Notes: generated by a model not told the origin, from the letters alone. A stretch of 64,000 nucleotides of DNA from an uncultured Gammaproteobacteria bacterium (GCA_964608425.1 CAZSNN010000001.1:1073-65072), one strand, 5' to 3'; positions 28,672-37,965 are shown, counted from the stretch's first letter. Program-made: numbers and translations.

Positions 28672-29721
28672 TTAATTAAAAGTTTTATCAGCAAAAAATA
28701 TCAAAAGACCTAATAAGGCCATTACTCCTGACACCAACCAAAACCTCATAACAATTTTACTCTCTGGCCAATTTTGAGCTTGAAAATGATGATGTATAGG
28801 GGCTGATAAAAAAACTCTCTTTTTTCTAATTTTTCTAGATAAAATTTGAATAATAACTGACAAAGATTCAATTAAAAAAATAAACCCAATAAATGGCAAA
28901 ATCAAAACATTATTAGTAAGCAAGGCAATTATTCCCAAGGTTATCCCTAAGCTCATGGACCCAGTATCGCCCATATAAAATCTAGCTGGCGGAATATTAA
29001 ACCACAAAAACGCTAATAAAGCTCCAATAATAACGGCACAAAAAGCTGCTAAATCATATCTACCCATCACAAAAGATATTACTCCATAAGAAGCAAAAGC
29101 CACTAAAAGAGTTCCTCCAGCCAAACCGTCCAAACCATCGGTTTCATTAACCGAAAAAGAGGTTGCCACAATCACGAAGATAAAGACTGGAATATACCAC
29201 CAACCAATTTCAAAATAACCTAAAAAAGGAACGTGAATAGTGGTCCAATCTAATTTAAAGTAAAACCACAAAGCCCCAATAATTGCTATTAATGTATATA
29301 TTAATAATCTATGTCTCATTTTTAAACCTCCGCCACCAAAAACGCCCTTCTTTCTAATATCCAACCAATCATCCACCAAACCAATAAGAGCCGAGGCCAC
29401 CAAAGCTCCTAAGGGCAATAAGGTTTCTTTTTGGGTCAAAAAATTAAAAGCAGAAATTAGTTTGTCCGGGAAAAGCAAGGATAAATAATAAAAGACCACA
29501 ATAAGAAATAAAACTGTCCCCCAGATTAAAACCCCTCCCATAGTTGGAGTCCCAGCCTTATGAGCATGCAACTTGGAAAAAATTGGAGTATCGCCAGAAT
29601 TTCTAATTTGCTTCCCTAGTTTATGTTTGTATAAAAAATTTGTTAAAATCGGAGTCCAAGAAACTGTAAAAATAAAGGCTAATATAAAAAGAAACAAAAC
29701 TTTAATAATTTGAATTTCCAT
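28672..29721 (-). CDS. mraY: Phospho-N-acetylmuramoyl-pentapeptide transferase
   Basis: KAGTPTMGG, NETDGLDGLA, YMGDTGS, APIHHHF. Confidence 0.97.
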   Translation of the reverse strand: MEIQIIKVLFLFILAFIFTVSWTPILTNFLYKHKLGKQIRNSGDTPIFSKLHAHKAGTPTMGGVLIWGTVLFLIVVFYYLSLLFPDKLISAFNFLTQKETLLPLGALVASALIGLVDDWLDIRKKGVFGGGGLKMRHRLLIYTLIAIIGALWFYFKLDWTTIHVPFLGYFEIGWWYIPVFIFVIVATSFSVNETDGLDGLAGGTLLVAFASYGVISFVMGRYDLAAFCAVIIGALLAFLWFNIPPARFYMGDTGSMSLGITLGIIALLTNNVLILPFIGFIFLIESLSVIIQILSRKIRKKRVFLSAPIHHHFQAQNWPESKIVMRFWLVSGVMALLGLLIFFADKTFN

Positions 29722-29729
29722 ACTTATAA

Positions 29730-30143
29730 TTAAAAATTAATTAAATAAAGTGAGAACAAAGACAATGCCAAAAAGATATTGATCAATAACAAAAACCCTA
29801 AAAGAAACTGAGCTAAAAATTTAAAATGATCTCTCTTTAACAAAATCAATAAAATAATTTTATTTAACAAAATAAAAAACAAGCTTAATAAAGGAATTAT
29901 AAAAAAATAATTTTTGTTTCCAATCAAATCAATCCCAAAATCGACATTATAATGCAAAATAGAAATCTCCTGAGAAATATTTCTATGTATTAAATAAGCG
30001 CTAATCCAAAGCAATAAGTTAATAGAAATAGCCGACAAAAAATAAATTTTAATAAAAGCCTCTCTATATAAATCACTTGATAGAGCCTTAAATCTCTTTA
30101 AAAAAACAGAGATTCTTTCATATATTTTAATTAAAAAATCCAT
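29730..30143 (-). CDS. Small membrane protein (3 TM)
   Basis: Hydrophobic segments and LHYNVDFGID loop; co-oriented directly upstream of mraY. Confidence 0.7.
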   Translation of the reverse strand: MDFLIKIYERISVFLKRFKALSSDLYREAFIKIYFLSAISINLLLWISAYLIHRNISQEISILHYNVDFGIDLIGNKNYFFIIPLLSLFFILLNKIILLILLKRDHFKFLAQFLLGFLLLINIFLALSLFSLYLINF

Positions 30144-30240
30144 ATCACTTATTTAGTTATTCTATGGTTTAATCTTAACATATTTAAATATAATATAAAA
30201 TATGTTATTATTCCAGTGGATAATTAAAGAAAATTAAATT

Positions 30241-30912
30241 ATGAAAGTATTTTGTGTAATTCCAGCCTATTATGAAGAAAAAAATATAGCCAAAGTTATT
30301 CAAAAAGTTTTGGATTACGTCGATTTTTTAGTGGTAATAGATGATGGTTCCAAGGACCAAACTTATAATGAAGCTATAAAAATAAAATCAGAAAAATTAA
30401 AAGTTCTAAGACATCCAATTAATCTTGGACAAGGAGCCTCTCTACAAACTGGCAATGAATATGCTATTCAACAAGGAGCTGATATAATAATTCATTTTGA
30501 TGCTGACGGCCAATTTTTAGCTGAAGAAATTAAAAAAGTAGTTAACCCAATTATAGAAGAAAATGCTGATATAGTTTTCGGGTCTCGCTTCTTAGAAATA
30601 AAATCTGATATTCCAAGATTCAAAAAAAATATTATTATGCCGATGGCCAAAGTATTTAATTATGTTTTTTTTGGAATAAAAACTAGCGATCCCCAAAGTG
30701 GTTTTCGAGCTATGAAAACAGAAATAGCCAAGAAAATAAAAATTGAAAACAATAGAATGGCTCATTGTACCGAAATTCTAGCTAAAGCCCACAAACATAA
30801 ATTAAAAATAAAGGAAGTTTCCATAACCGTACTATATGAAGAATTTGGCCAAAAATTTTCCGGTGGTTTAAAGATAATTAAAGACTTAATATTTAAAAAA
30901 ATAAGTAATTAA
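30241..30912 (+). CDS. GT2 polyprenol-phosphate glycosyltransferase (DPM1/GacI-like)
   Basis: VIPAYYEE, IDDGSKD, FDADGQF, VFGSRF, DPQSGFRA. Confidence 0.9.
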   Translation: MKVFCVIPAYYEEKNIAKVIQKVLDYVDFLVVIDDGSKDQTYNEAIKIKSEKLKVLRHPINLGQGASLQTGNEYAIQQGADIIIHFDADGQFLAEEIKKVVNPIIEENADIVFGSRFLEIKSDIPRFKKNIIMPMAKVFNYVFFGIKTSDPQSGFRAMKTEIAKKIKIENNRMAHCTEILAKAHKHKLKIKEVSITVLYEEFGQKFSGGLKIIKDLIFKKISN

Positions 30913-30929
30913 AAATTAATTTTTAAAAT

Positions 30930-31247
30930 ATGATACAACAAGTAATCGCTATAATAATCTTATTATTTTTTATAGTTAAATTAGGAAGAGAATGGAAAAA
31001 GAAATCTATTAGTCTTAACGAACTTGTTTTTTGGTTAGTTTTCTGGCTAATCGGAGTCTTAATTATCGCTTTCATTAAACCGATTGATCAAATTGTAATG
31101 AATTTAGGGTTCTCTTCTTCGGGTATAAACTTAGTGTTCTACCTAGCAGTTCTATTTCTCTTTTACTTAATATTTAGAATGAGAATCAGGATGGTAAAAT
31201 TAGAAAAAGACATCACTGATTTAAGCAGAAAGATTACTTTAAAATAA
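30930..31247 (+). CDS. DUF2304-family small membrane protein (GacJ-like)
   Basis: 3 TM, FWL..W motif, C-terminal LEKDITDLSRKI; directly follows the GT2. Confidence 0.8.
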   Translation: MIQQVIAIIILLFFIVKLGREWKKKSISLNELVFWLVFWLIGVLIIAFIKPIDQIVMNLGFSSSGINLVFYLAVLFLFYLIFRMRIRMVKLEKDITDLSRKITLK

Positions 31248-31251
31248 AAAA

Positions 31252-31294
31252 TCCCTCAGATTTCAAGAACTTATTGTTCTAAAAATCTAAGGGA
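31252..31294 (-). terminator. 19-bp hairpin between convergent genes (terminator and/or DGR hairpin)
   Basis: TCCCTCAGATTTCAAGAAC-ttatt-GTTCTAAAAATCTAAGGGA; 16/19 Watson-Crick pairs, two further G-U pairs in minus-strand RNA, T-tract follows on minus strand. Confidence 0.75.
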
Positions 31295-31348
31295 CAAAGG
31301 ATCAAAGATCCAAAGGGTCAAAATTTCAAAGTGTCCGAGGGACTAAGT
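31285..31348. repeat. Degenerate 8-bp tandem array, 8 units
   Basis: Minus strand ACTTAGTC CCTCGGAC ACTTTGAA ATTTTGAC CCTTTGGA TCTTTGAT CCTTTGTC CCTTAGAT, starting 1 nt after the stop codon of 31350-31841. Confidence 0.75.
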
Positions 31349-31349
31349 A

Positions 31350-31841
31350 CTAACTCAACTTGGGGACGACAACACGACGACGACAGCCAGCACCCCAAAC
31401 GTAAGCATCGTCGAAATGATAAACGCCGACAATCAGACCATACGAATACACACCCACGCGGACGACAAAAAATTTATCTCTCCTAAAAAGTCTTCTTTTT
31501 TTGAAAAGAAAAAAAGTTCCATGGCCGTCTTGCCTTAAACGCTCGGGATATTTAACACAAAAATCAATAATTTGATCCTGTGTTAGGCACAAAGAATCAA
31601 GATCGTCTGATAGAGAGGTAAATATGTCTTTGAAAGTGGCATCTTTTACCATTTCATAAATTTTTACTTCTGTTTCCGGCGTACTTTTACTTTTCTTATT
31701 CAAATCCCAATTTTTAAAATCCTCATCCACATAAGAAGGAAATACCTCTCTTGAGTTGTAAATTGTTCTATTTCCGTTAAGTTCAGGAATAATAATTTTC
31801 TCATTTTCATACAAAACATTCAATAAACTTGATTTTTTCAT
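31350..31841 (-). CDS. Putative DGR target (variable) protein
   Basis: C-terminus FFVVRVGVYSYGLIVGVYHFDDAYVWGAGCRRRVVVP is encoded by an A-depleted, GC-rich segment of mostly NNY codons; gene has its own promoter and hairpin. Confidence 0.72.
   Translation of the reverse strand: MKKSSLLNVLYENEKIIIPELNGNRTIYNSREVFPSYVDEDFKNWDLNKKSKSTPETEVKIYEMVKDATFKDIFTSLSDDLDSLCLTQDQIIDFCVKYPERLRQDGHGTFFLFKKRRLFRRDKFFVVRVGVYSYGLIVGVYHFDDAYVWGAGCRRRVVVPKLS
31362..31466 (-). other. Candidate DGR variable repeat (VR)
   Basis: Hand count over 105 nt: 8 A on coding strand, 58 G+C, 0/35 codons end in A, 30/35 end in C/T. Confidence 0.7.
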
Positions 31842-31889
31842 GACTTATATATTTTAAAAGTTATTTTAAAAGAACAAAACTATCCAATT

Positions 31890-31918
31890 AAACTATCACA
31901 AATACTTATATATGTCAA
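31890..31918 (-). promoter_or_regulatory. Sigma70-type promoter for the putative DGR target
   Basis: TTGACA (31918-31913), 17 nt, TAGTTT, with TGn extension. Confidence 0.55.
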
Positions 31919-31919
31919 A

Positions 31920-32663
31920 CTACTTTTGACAATAATAAGTTCTACTTTCAACCCTAGGTCCACAATAAGTATCTTTTTTAATACTTAAAACCTTAAAACC
32001 ATTATCCTCTAAAAATTTTCTCATATCATTTTCTGAAATGAAACTCATTTTAATAGGATACAGACCTAATTGTTGATATAAAAATTTTTCCGAAAAGCCA
32101 ATCTTATTTAAAAGATTATACAAACGCCTAATTGGCTGTAAACGAAAAGTCCACGGAATTTTACTAGGCAATTGAAAAACTAACCCTCCACCGGATTTTA
32201 GAATTCTTTTAAATTCTAAAATATATTTTTTAATAAAATCTTTATCAGGTAAATGCTGTAAAACAATCCCCGAATAAATAAAGTCAAATTTATCATTATC
32301 AAATATTTCTAAATTATCATTATTCAAGAAGAATTCTACCGCTAGACCTTTATTAATATCTCGAGCCTTTTTTATCATCGCCTCAGAAATATCTGTTCCA
32401 TTATATTTATCAAAATGTTTTAACCAATGTCTAGCTAAGCGTCCTACCCCACAACCAAAATCAAGCATCTCTCCTTTATTTAATTCTGGAAATATTTTCT
32501 TTAATTCAAAAAAGACATTTTCTACCTCAGCCTCTCCGGTTTTAATAAACTCATCTAAATTCCAATTATTAAACCTCTTACTATTATCAGATAGTACCGC
32601 CCAAAAAGGATCTGACTCCCCCAGGGCCTCCCAATTTTTTTTATGATTTTCAATTTTATTCAT
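31920..32663 (-). CDS. Class I SAM-dependent methyltransferase
   Basis: MLDFGCGVGRL, GTDISEAM, FDFIYSGIVLQHL, RILKSGG. Confidence 0.92.
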   Translation of the reverse strand: MNKIENHKKNWEALGESDPFWAVLSDNSKRFNNWNLDEFIKTGEAEVENVFFELKKIFPELNKGEMLDFGCGVGRLARHWLKHFDKYNGTDISEAMIKKARDINKGLAVEFFLNNDNLEIFDNDKFDFIYSGIVLQHLPDKDFIKKYILEFKRILKSGGGLVFQLPSKIPWTFRLQPIRRLYNLLNKIGFSEKFLYQQLGLYPIKMSFISENDMRKFLEDNGFKVLSIKKDTYCGPRVESRTYYCQK

Positions 32664-32673
32664 ATAGAAAGAA

Positions 32674-34656
32674 TTATTTTTTAAAATAAAATATTTTTAT
32701 TTTTCCATTATTAATATCATAAGTCTCATCAGATATTATTTTCAACTCCTGAACAATTCTATCAAATCCCCACCAATAATCATTTGTTACCAAATAGACA
32801 CTATCAGCTCCTAACTCCTTAATTAAATCCATCATCAAATCTCTATTAGGATTTTCAATCATTTTTAAATAATAATCATAAGGTAGCCCCCCGGTTTGGA
32901 CTGAATAATAAAACCAAGAACCATAATACCTCTTAAAACCATACTCTTTAATAGCACTAGCCCCCACCTGTTGATTAGCTAAAACAATATAATTATCATT
33001 TTCTTTATGCTCTTCAATAAATCTCACTGCTATAAAATCATCTTGAGACACCGAAAAAGATCTAGAATTAAAATAATTATCTTTACGAGGATAATTTAGA
33101 TACAAAGAAGATAATAATAGACCAGAAAGAAAAAACAGAATAATAATTTTAAAAAATATTTTTTCTTCCTTTATTTTTTTCATCAAACAAATAAATATTT
33201 CATAAAAAATCGGAATTAAAAATAGAAATGAGATAATCAATATCCTATTAGCATAACTACCCTTATCAATCTGACTTAAAAAAGGAAAATCAATAAATAA
33301 ACTTAGAAAATAAGAAAACAATAAGGCGCTAGAATTAAAATAAAATATCTTTAGATCCTGACGATTATATTTGATCACAAAAAATGTCGTTAGCAAAAAC
33401 AATAATAATAACCAAATATTTCTATTCAAACCAAAAAAATAAATAAAATTTAAAAAAATATTTTCTTGTCCTAAAAATTTTGGCACCCAATTAGAAAAAT
33501 CAAAAGACATCGAAGTTAGTCGCCCGCCAGAAAATATTAATAATAATGGTAAAATAATTATTTGAGAGAAATAAGAAAAATATTTTAAAAATTTAACAAA
33601 AAACAAAGGTAATCTTATCTTTACATTAATACCACTAACAACGAGGCTATTAAGCCAGAAAATAAAAATAAAAATGATAGCCGGAACTCCAGCCAAAGGA
33701 TGAATAAAAAATATTGTTAAAGCCCAGGAAAATAAAAATAAAAAATTATATTGATTATTAACAAAATATTTATTAAAAGAAAACAATAATAAAATTAACA
33801 AGAATAAAAAAGCTAAATTTTGTGGAACAGTATAGGTAAAAATAGAAAATGGCAAAATTAAGAATAATAATAATGGCCAAATCATTTTATTAAAACCTCT
33901 GTTTTTAAAATTAAAAATAAAGGTAATTGGTATTAACAAAGTTGACAATATCGGAACCAATAATTTATCTAACGACTCCGAAGAAAAAGGCCAAATTTTT
34001 AAAATAAGAAATTCTAAAACATATTGCCCAATATAATAGATAGTCTTGGGTTCAATTAAGCCGGAACTAATAATTTCCTTAATAGCACTTTGATGAAGTA
34101 ATTGATCATAACCAAAAGCAATCTTGTAAACAAAAAAAGAGATGGAAAAAAATAAAAAATATAATAAAATTATAAAGAAATAAGAAGTCCGACTTTTTAA
34201 ATAAAAATTTATAAATAATAATACCAATAAACCAAATAATAAAAACCAAAAATTAGCAGAAATAAAGCTCCAGGGGGAATTAATAGCCAAAAGACTACCG
34301 GAGGAGGCCAGCATTTTAAACAAAAAATAAAATAAAGCTAAAATCGAAATAGTTAATAATACTTTAGCAAAAACCCATAATTTATTATTATAATCATCAG
34401 AAAATACTGCTAATACTGATTTTTCTTGCTGACCTTTACAGGAAATGGTAAAATAAACAAACAGGCTAGTTAATCCTAATGCCCCCAATAAAGAAAAAAT
34501 TACCACTAAATTATTGAGCCTATAAAAATAATAAAAAATTGAAGAAATATTAATCGTTAAAGATAAAAACAATAATAAAACGACTAGAATATTTTTCCTC
34601 ATATAAGACCAAATTTTTTCTAAAATAATATTATTCATACCTATATAATATAGCAA
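32674..34656 (-). CDS. Polytopic membrane protein, GT-C-like topology
   Basis: More than 12 hydrophobic segments, loop motif GYDQLLH, soluble C-terminal domain; start may be 34638. Confidence 0.6.
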   Translation of the reverse strand: MLYYIGMNNIILEKIWSYMRKNILVVLLLFLSLTINISSIFYYFYRLNNLVVIFSLLGALGLTSLFVYFTISCKGQQEKSVLAVFSDDYNNKLWVFAKVLLTISILALFYFLFKMLASSGSLLAINSPWSFISANFWFLLFGLLVLLFINFYLKSRTSYFFIILLYFLFFSISFFVYKIAFGYDQLLHQSAIKEIISSGLIEPKTIYYIGQYVLEFLILKIWPFSSESLDKLLVPILSTLLIPITFIFNFKNRGFNKMIWPLLLFLILPFSIFTYTVPQNLAFLFLLILLLFSFNKYFVNNQYNFLFLFSWALTIFFIHPLAGVPAIIFIFIFWLNSLVVSGINVKIRLPLFFVKFLKYFSYFSQIIILPLLLIFSGGRLTSMSFDFSNWVPKFLGQENIFLNFIYFFGLNRNIWLLLLFLLTTFFVIKYNRQDLKIFYFNSSALLFSYFLSLFIDFPFLSQIDKGSYANRILIISFLFLIPIFYEIFICLMKKIKEEKIFFKIIILFFLSGLLLSSLYLNYPRKDNYFNSRSFSVSQDDFIAVRFIEEHKENDNYIVLANQQVGASAIKEYGFKRYYGSWFYYSVQTGGLPYDYYLKMIENPNRDLMMDLIKELGADSVYLVTNDYWWGFDRIVQELKIISDETYDINNGKIKIFYFKK

Positions 34657-34669
34657 AAAATTAAAATAT

Positions 34670-35770
34670 ATGAAAATTGCTCAAATTGTTTGCGTCTATC
34701 CGCCCTACTCTGGCGGAATTGGCACTTCAGCTCAAAAAATTCAAAAAACTTTATCTAACGAACATGAGAGTTTTGTTTTCACGACCAAAACTAAAAACAA
34801 TAGCTCAGAAGATGACAAAAAAAACAATATTATCAGGCTAAAGCCATTATTAAAATTAGGTCATGGAGCAATCTTGCTATCTCTTTTTAAGAATCTAAAG
34901 AAATTTGATACTATTTATTTCCATTATCCCTTTTTTGGAACATCTTTAATGGTCTGGCTATTTAAAATATTTTACCCACAAAAAAAATTGATAATCCATT
35001 ATCATATGGATGTTAAGCACAAAAATATTTTGTTTAAAATTTTAAGCTGGCCAGAAGAAATAATTAAAAAATCATTGTTCAAAAAAGCTGATTACATAAT
35101 TAGTGCCTCACTTGATTATATTCAAAATAGCCAAATCAAAAAAATTTATAAAAAATACTCAAATAAATTTAAAGAAATTCCCTTCTCTATTAATACTAAG
35201 GAATTTAAACCCTTGGAAAATATTCAAAAAGAAAATATCGTTTTATTTGTTGGCGGATTAGATAAGGCTCATTATTTTAAAGGAGTTGATATTTTAATAA
35301 AAGCTATTAGCCAAATAAAAGATATTGATTGGAAATTAAAAATAATTGGCGAAGGAGAATTACAAAAAGATCTTATCAATTTAGCTAATAATTTAAAAAT
35401 AGATAACAGAGTTGAATTTATCGGAAAACTAAAAAAAGAAGAATTAATAAAAAATTATCAAACTGCTAAAGTCTTGGTATTGCCTTCCATTAATAGTAAC
35501 GAGGCCTTCGGTATAGTTCTAATAGAAGCAATGTCCTGTGGAACTCCAGTTATTGCCTCAAATTTGCCAGGAGTCAGAACTGTTTTTGAAAATCAAAAAT
35601 CAGGCTTTAAAATAGAACCCAAAAACATTGAAGATTTAAAGAGCAAAATAGAATTAATTTTAAACGATAAAAAAAATTATCAAAATATGAGTCAAGCAGC
35701 CCATAAATTAGTCCTCGAAAAATATTCCGAAGAAGTAATCAATTTAAAAATATTAGAATTATTTAAATAA
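34670..35770 (+). CDS. Glycosyltransferase family 4
   Basis: YPPYSGGIG, FKGVDIL, EAFGIVLIEAMSCG. Confidence 0.93.
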   Translation: MKIAQIVCVYPPYSGGIGTSAQKIQKTLSNEHESFVFTTKTKNNSSEDDKKNNIIRLKPLLKLGHGAILLSLFKNLKKFDTIYFHYPFFGTSLMVWLFKIFYPQKKLIIHYHMDVKHKNILFKILSWPEEIIKKSLFKKADYIISASLDYIQNSQIKKIYKKYSNKFKEIPFSINTKEFKPLENIQKENIVLFVGGLDKAHYFKGVDILIKAISQIKDIDWKLKIIGEGELQKDLINLANNLKIDNRVEFIGKLKKEELIKNYQTAKVLVLPSINSNEAFGIVLIEAMSCGTPVIASNLPGVRTVFENQKSGFKIEPKNIEDLKSKIELILNDKKNYQNMSQAAHKLVLEKYSEEVINLKILELFK

Positions 35771-35771
35771 T

Positions 35772-36905
35772 ATGATTTTGACCCCTACAAATATGAAGAT
35801 AGTTGTAATAAATAATCTATATAAACCTTATCATAAAGGTGGAGCTGAAAAAGTTTGTGAAAAAATAATCTCGGATTTACAAGATCAAAATATTCCTGTT
35901 TTTGTTATCACCACCAAACCGAAAAATTTATTTAAAACTAATACAGAACCCAAAACATATTATCTCAATTCTAATTATTATAATCTAGAAAAAAAATCTA
36001 TATTTTATCGTTTTTTTTGGCAAATAGGAAATTTTTTTAATTTCAATCAATCTCATAAATTAAAAGAAATAATAAAAAAAGAAAATCCTCAAGTAATATT
36101 AACCAACAATCTAATGGGAATTGGCTGGAAAACCTTTAAAATAATTAAGAAGTTAAATATTAAACATCATCACATTTTGCATGACATTCAATTAATTCAT
36201 CCATCGGGTTTAATGTTTTTTGGAAAAGAAAAAAAAATTAATTCCATTATAGCCAAGATTTATCAGAAATTAATAAAAAAAATTATCGGATCACCAGATT
36301 TAATAATATCCCCCTCTAATTGGCTATTACAAGAACATTTAGAAAGAAATTATTTTCCCAATAGTCAAAGTAAAATACAAAAAAATCCTAGGCCGTTCTC
36401 TAGTATAGAAAATTTAAAATTAGATAATGTTAAAAAGGATAAAGAAATAATAAATTTTTTATTCATCGGTCAAATAGCTCAGCACAAAGGCATTGTTTTT
36501 CTAATTAACACTTTCAAAAAAATTAATGATACCAAGATTAACTTGACTATTATAGGAGATGGTCCATTATTAGAAAAAATTAAATTAATTTCTCAAGATG
36601 ATAAACGCATTAAAATTTTAGGCAAAAAAAATAAAGAAGAAATAGCCCTGGAATTACAAAAAAACGATGGTTTAATCGTTCCATCTAATTGCTACGAGAA
36701 CTCTCCAACTGTTATTTATGAAGCTCAGGCTTTTTCTCTACCGATTATTGCCTCTAATTTAGGCGGAATACCTGAATTATTAAATTCAGATAATGACTTA
36801 TTGTTTCACCCTAATAACGAAAAAGATTTAATTGAGAAGATAAATACATTAATAAAAAAGATAAAAAATACCAAAACTATTGACAAAAATAATATTTTAT
36901 TATAA
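35772..36905 (+). CDS. Glycosyltransferase family 4
   Basis: GGAEK, HKGI, ENSPTVIYEA, GGIPEL; alternative start 35793. Confidence 0.92.
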   Translation: MILTPTNMKIVVINNLYKPYHKGGAEKVCEKIISDLQDQNIPVFVITTKPKNLFKTNTEPKTYYLNSNYYNLEKKSIFYRFFWQIGNFFNFNQSHKLKEIIKKENPQVILTNNLMGIGWKTFKIIKKLNIKHHHILHDIQLIHPSGLMFFGKEKKINSIIAKIYQKLIKKIIGSPDLIISPSNWLLQEHLERNYFPNSQSKIQKNPRPFSSIENLKLDNVKKDKEIINFLFIGQIAQHKGIVFLINTFKKINDTKINLTIIGDGPLLEKIKLISQDDKRIKILGKKNKEEIALELQKNDGLIVPSNCYENSPTVIYEAQAFSLPIIASNLGGIPELLNSDNDLLFHPNNEKDLIEKINTLIKKIKNTKTIDKNNILL

Positions 36906-36908
36906 CAT
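36880..36908 (+). promoter_or_regulatory. Possible promoter for the 36929/37693 gene pair
   Basis: TTGACA (36880-36885), 17 nt, TAACAT. Confidence 0.5.
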
Positions 36909-36928
36909 CTATAAACTAATTTAAAAAT

Positions 36929-37693
36929 ATGGCTAATTTTGAAGACAATTTTTTAATGCACACTTTTAATGAGAATTCTGGAAATCTGCTAGAAAAAAAC
37001 CTTCTAGCAACAATTGATGATAATGCTTACAAAAAAAATCTACAAGAAAAACTGGAAGAAATATTCATAACCAAAAATTATTCAACCTTTAAATCTAGTA
37101 ATGACCCTATTGGCTTACTACTAGAATTAAAAAAAAGAAATCCAGAAAAATATCAAGAATTAAAAAGTGATTATGCTTCAGAAATAAAAAAATTCATTGA
37201 GGAGAGGGTCTCTAAAAATAGACATAAATTTTTAAATGAGTTAAGCTTGGAAGAACAATTTAAAATAATTGAGAAAAGCCAACCTAAAAATTCTGACCCC
37301 AGCGAACCATTGACTGGATTTGCCGATGATCTTCACGCTACCATAGTTGAAGAATTGGATATTGATTATGAAAATTTAGAATATTATACTGCTGTTAATT
37401 CTCATTTAGATTATTGTGGCGTTGATGCTTTTTTGAAATTTAAATATTCGGACCCAAAAGGAAAAGAAAAAGAGATAAGAATTTGTCTAGATATAACTAA
37501 AAATTCAGTTGGCGGGAAAATGGAGCAACAAAAAGAAAAATCTCGAGCTGGGGCAAAATCTTTATCTGATATTGTTATTTTCTCAGAAAATGAAAATTAT
37601 TCCCGAAAAAGAATAGAAGACAAAGAATTAATAGAAAAGACTGCTAAAGAAATTATTAAAATATATAAACAAAAAATAGAGGAGAAAAATTAG
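36929..37693 (+). CDS. Hypothetical protein, possible PD-(D/E)XK-like fold
   Basis: 254-aa ORF containing HLDYCGVDAF..CLDITKN. Confidence 0.6.
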   Translation: MANFEDNFLMHTFNENSGNLLEKNLLATIDDNAYKKNLQEKLEEIFITKNYSTFKSSNDPIGLLLELKKRNPEKYQELKSDYASEIKKFIEERVSKNRHKFLNELSLEEQFKIIEKSQPKNSDPSEPLTGFADDLHATIVEELDIDYENLEYYTAVNSHLDYCGVDAFLKFKYSDPKGKEKEIRICLDITKNSVGGKMEQQKEKSRAGAKSLSDIVIFSENENYSRKRIEDKELIEKTAKEIIKIYKQKIEEKN

Positions 37694-37965
37694 TGAGCTA
37701 TTTAACAAAAGAAATAATAGATCAATTACAAAGCCCTATCCCTAAAGAAATGTGTGCTTATTCAGTTTGCAAGAATTGTGGTGAGGTGGATTTAGTTGAT
37801 TTCAAAACAGCTTTTGCTCTCATCCTTCTGATGCCGGAGGAAGAGTTAGAAAAAAATCAATCTCAAACACAATGGACAGATTATTATATCGAAACCAATT
37901 TCTGTCCAACCTGCCAGAATAATTCCAGCGAGGTGTCCATAAAAAGGATACCAAAAAAGACCTAA
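37693..37965 (+). CDS. Small zinc-ribbon-like protein
   Basis: CKNC..CPTC pairs; GTG start overlaps the upstream TAG (TAGTG). Confidence 0.65.
   Translation: MSYLTKEIIDQLQSPIPKEMCAYSVCKNCGEVDLVDFKTAFALILLMPEEELEKNQSQTQWTDYYIETNFCPTCQNNSSEVSIKRIPKKT

Noticed and set aside
31285-31348. Octamer array as a CRISPR array or iteron origin
   Set aside because: Units are 8 bp, contiguous and degenerate with no spacers; no cas or rep gene in the window
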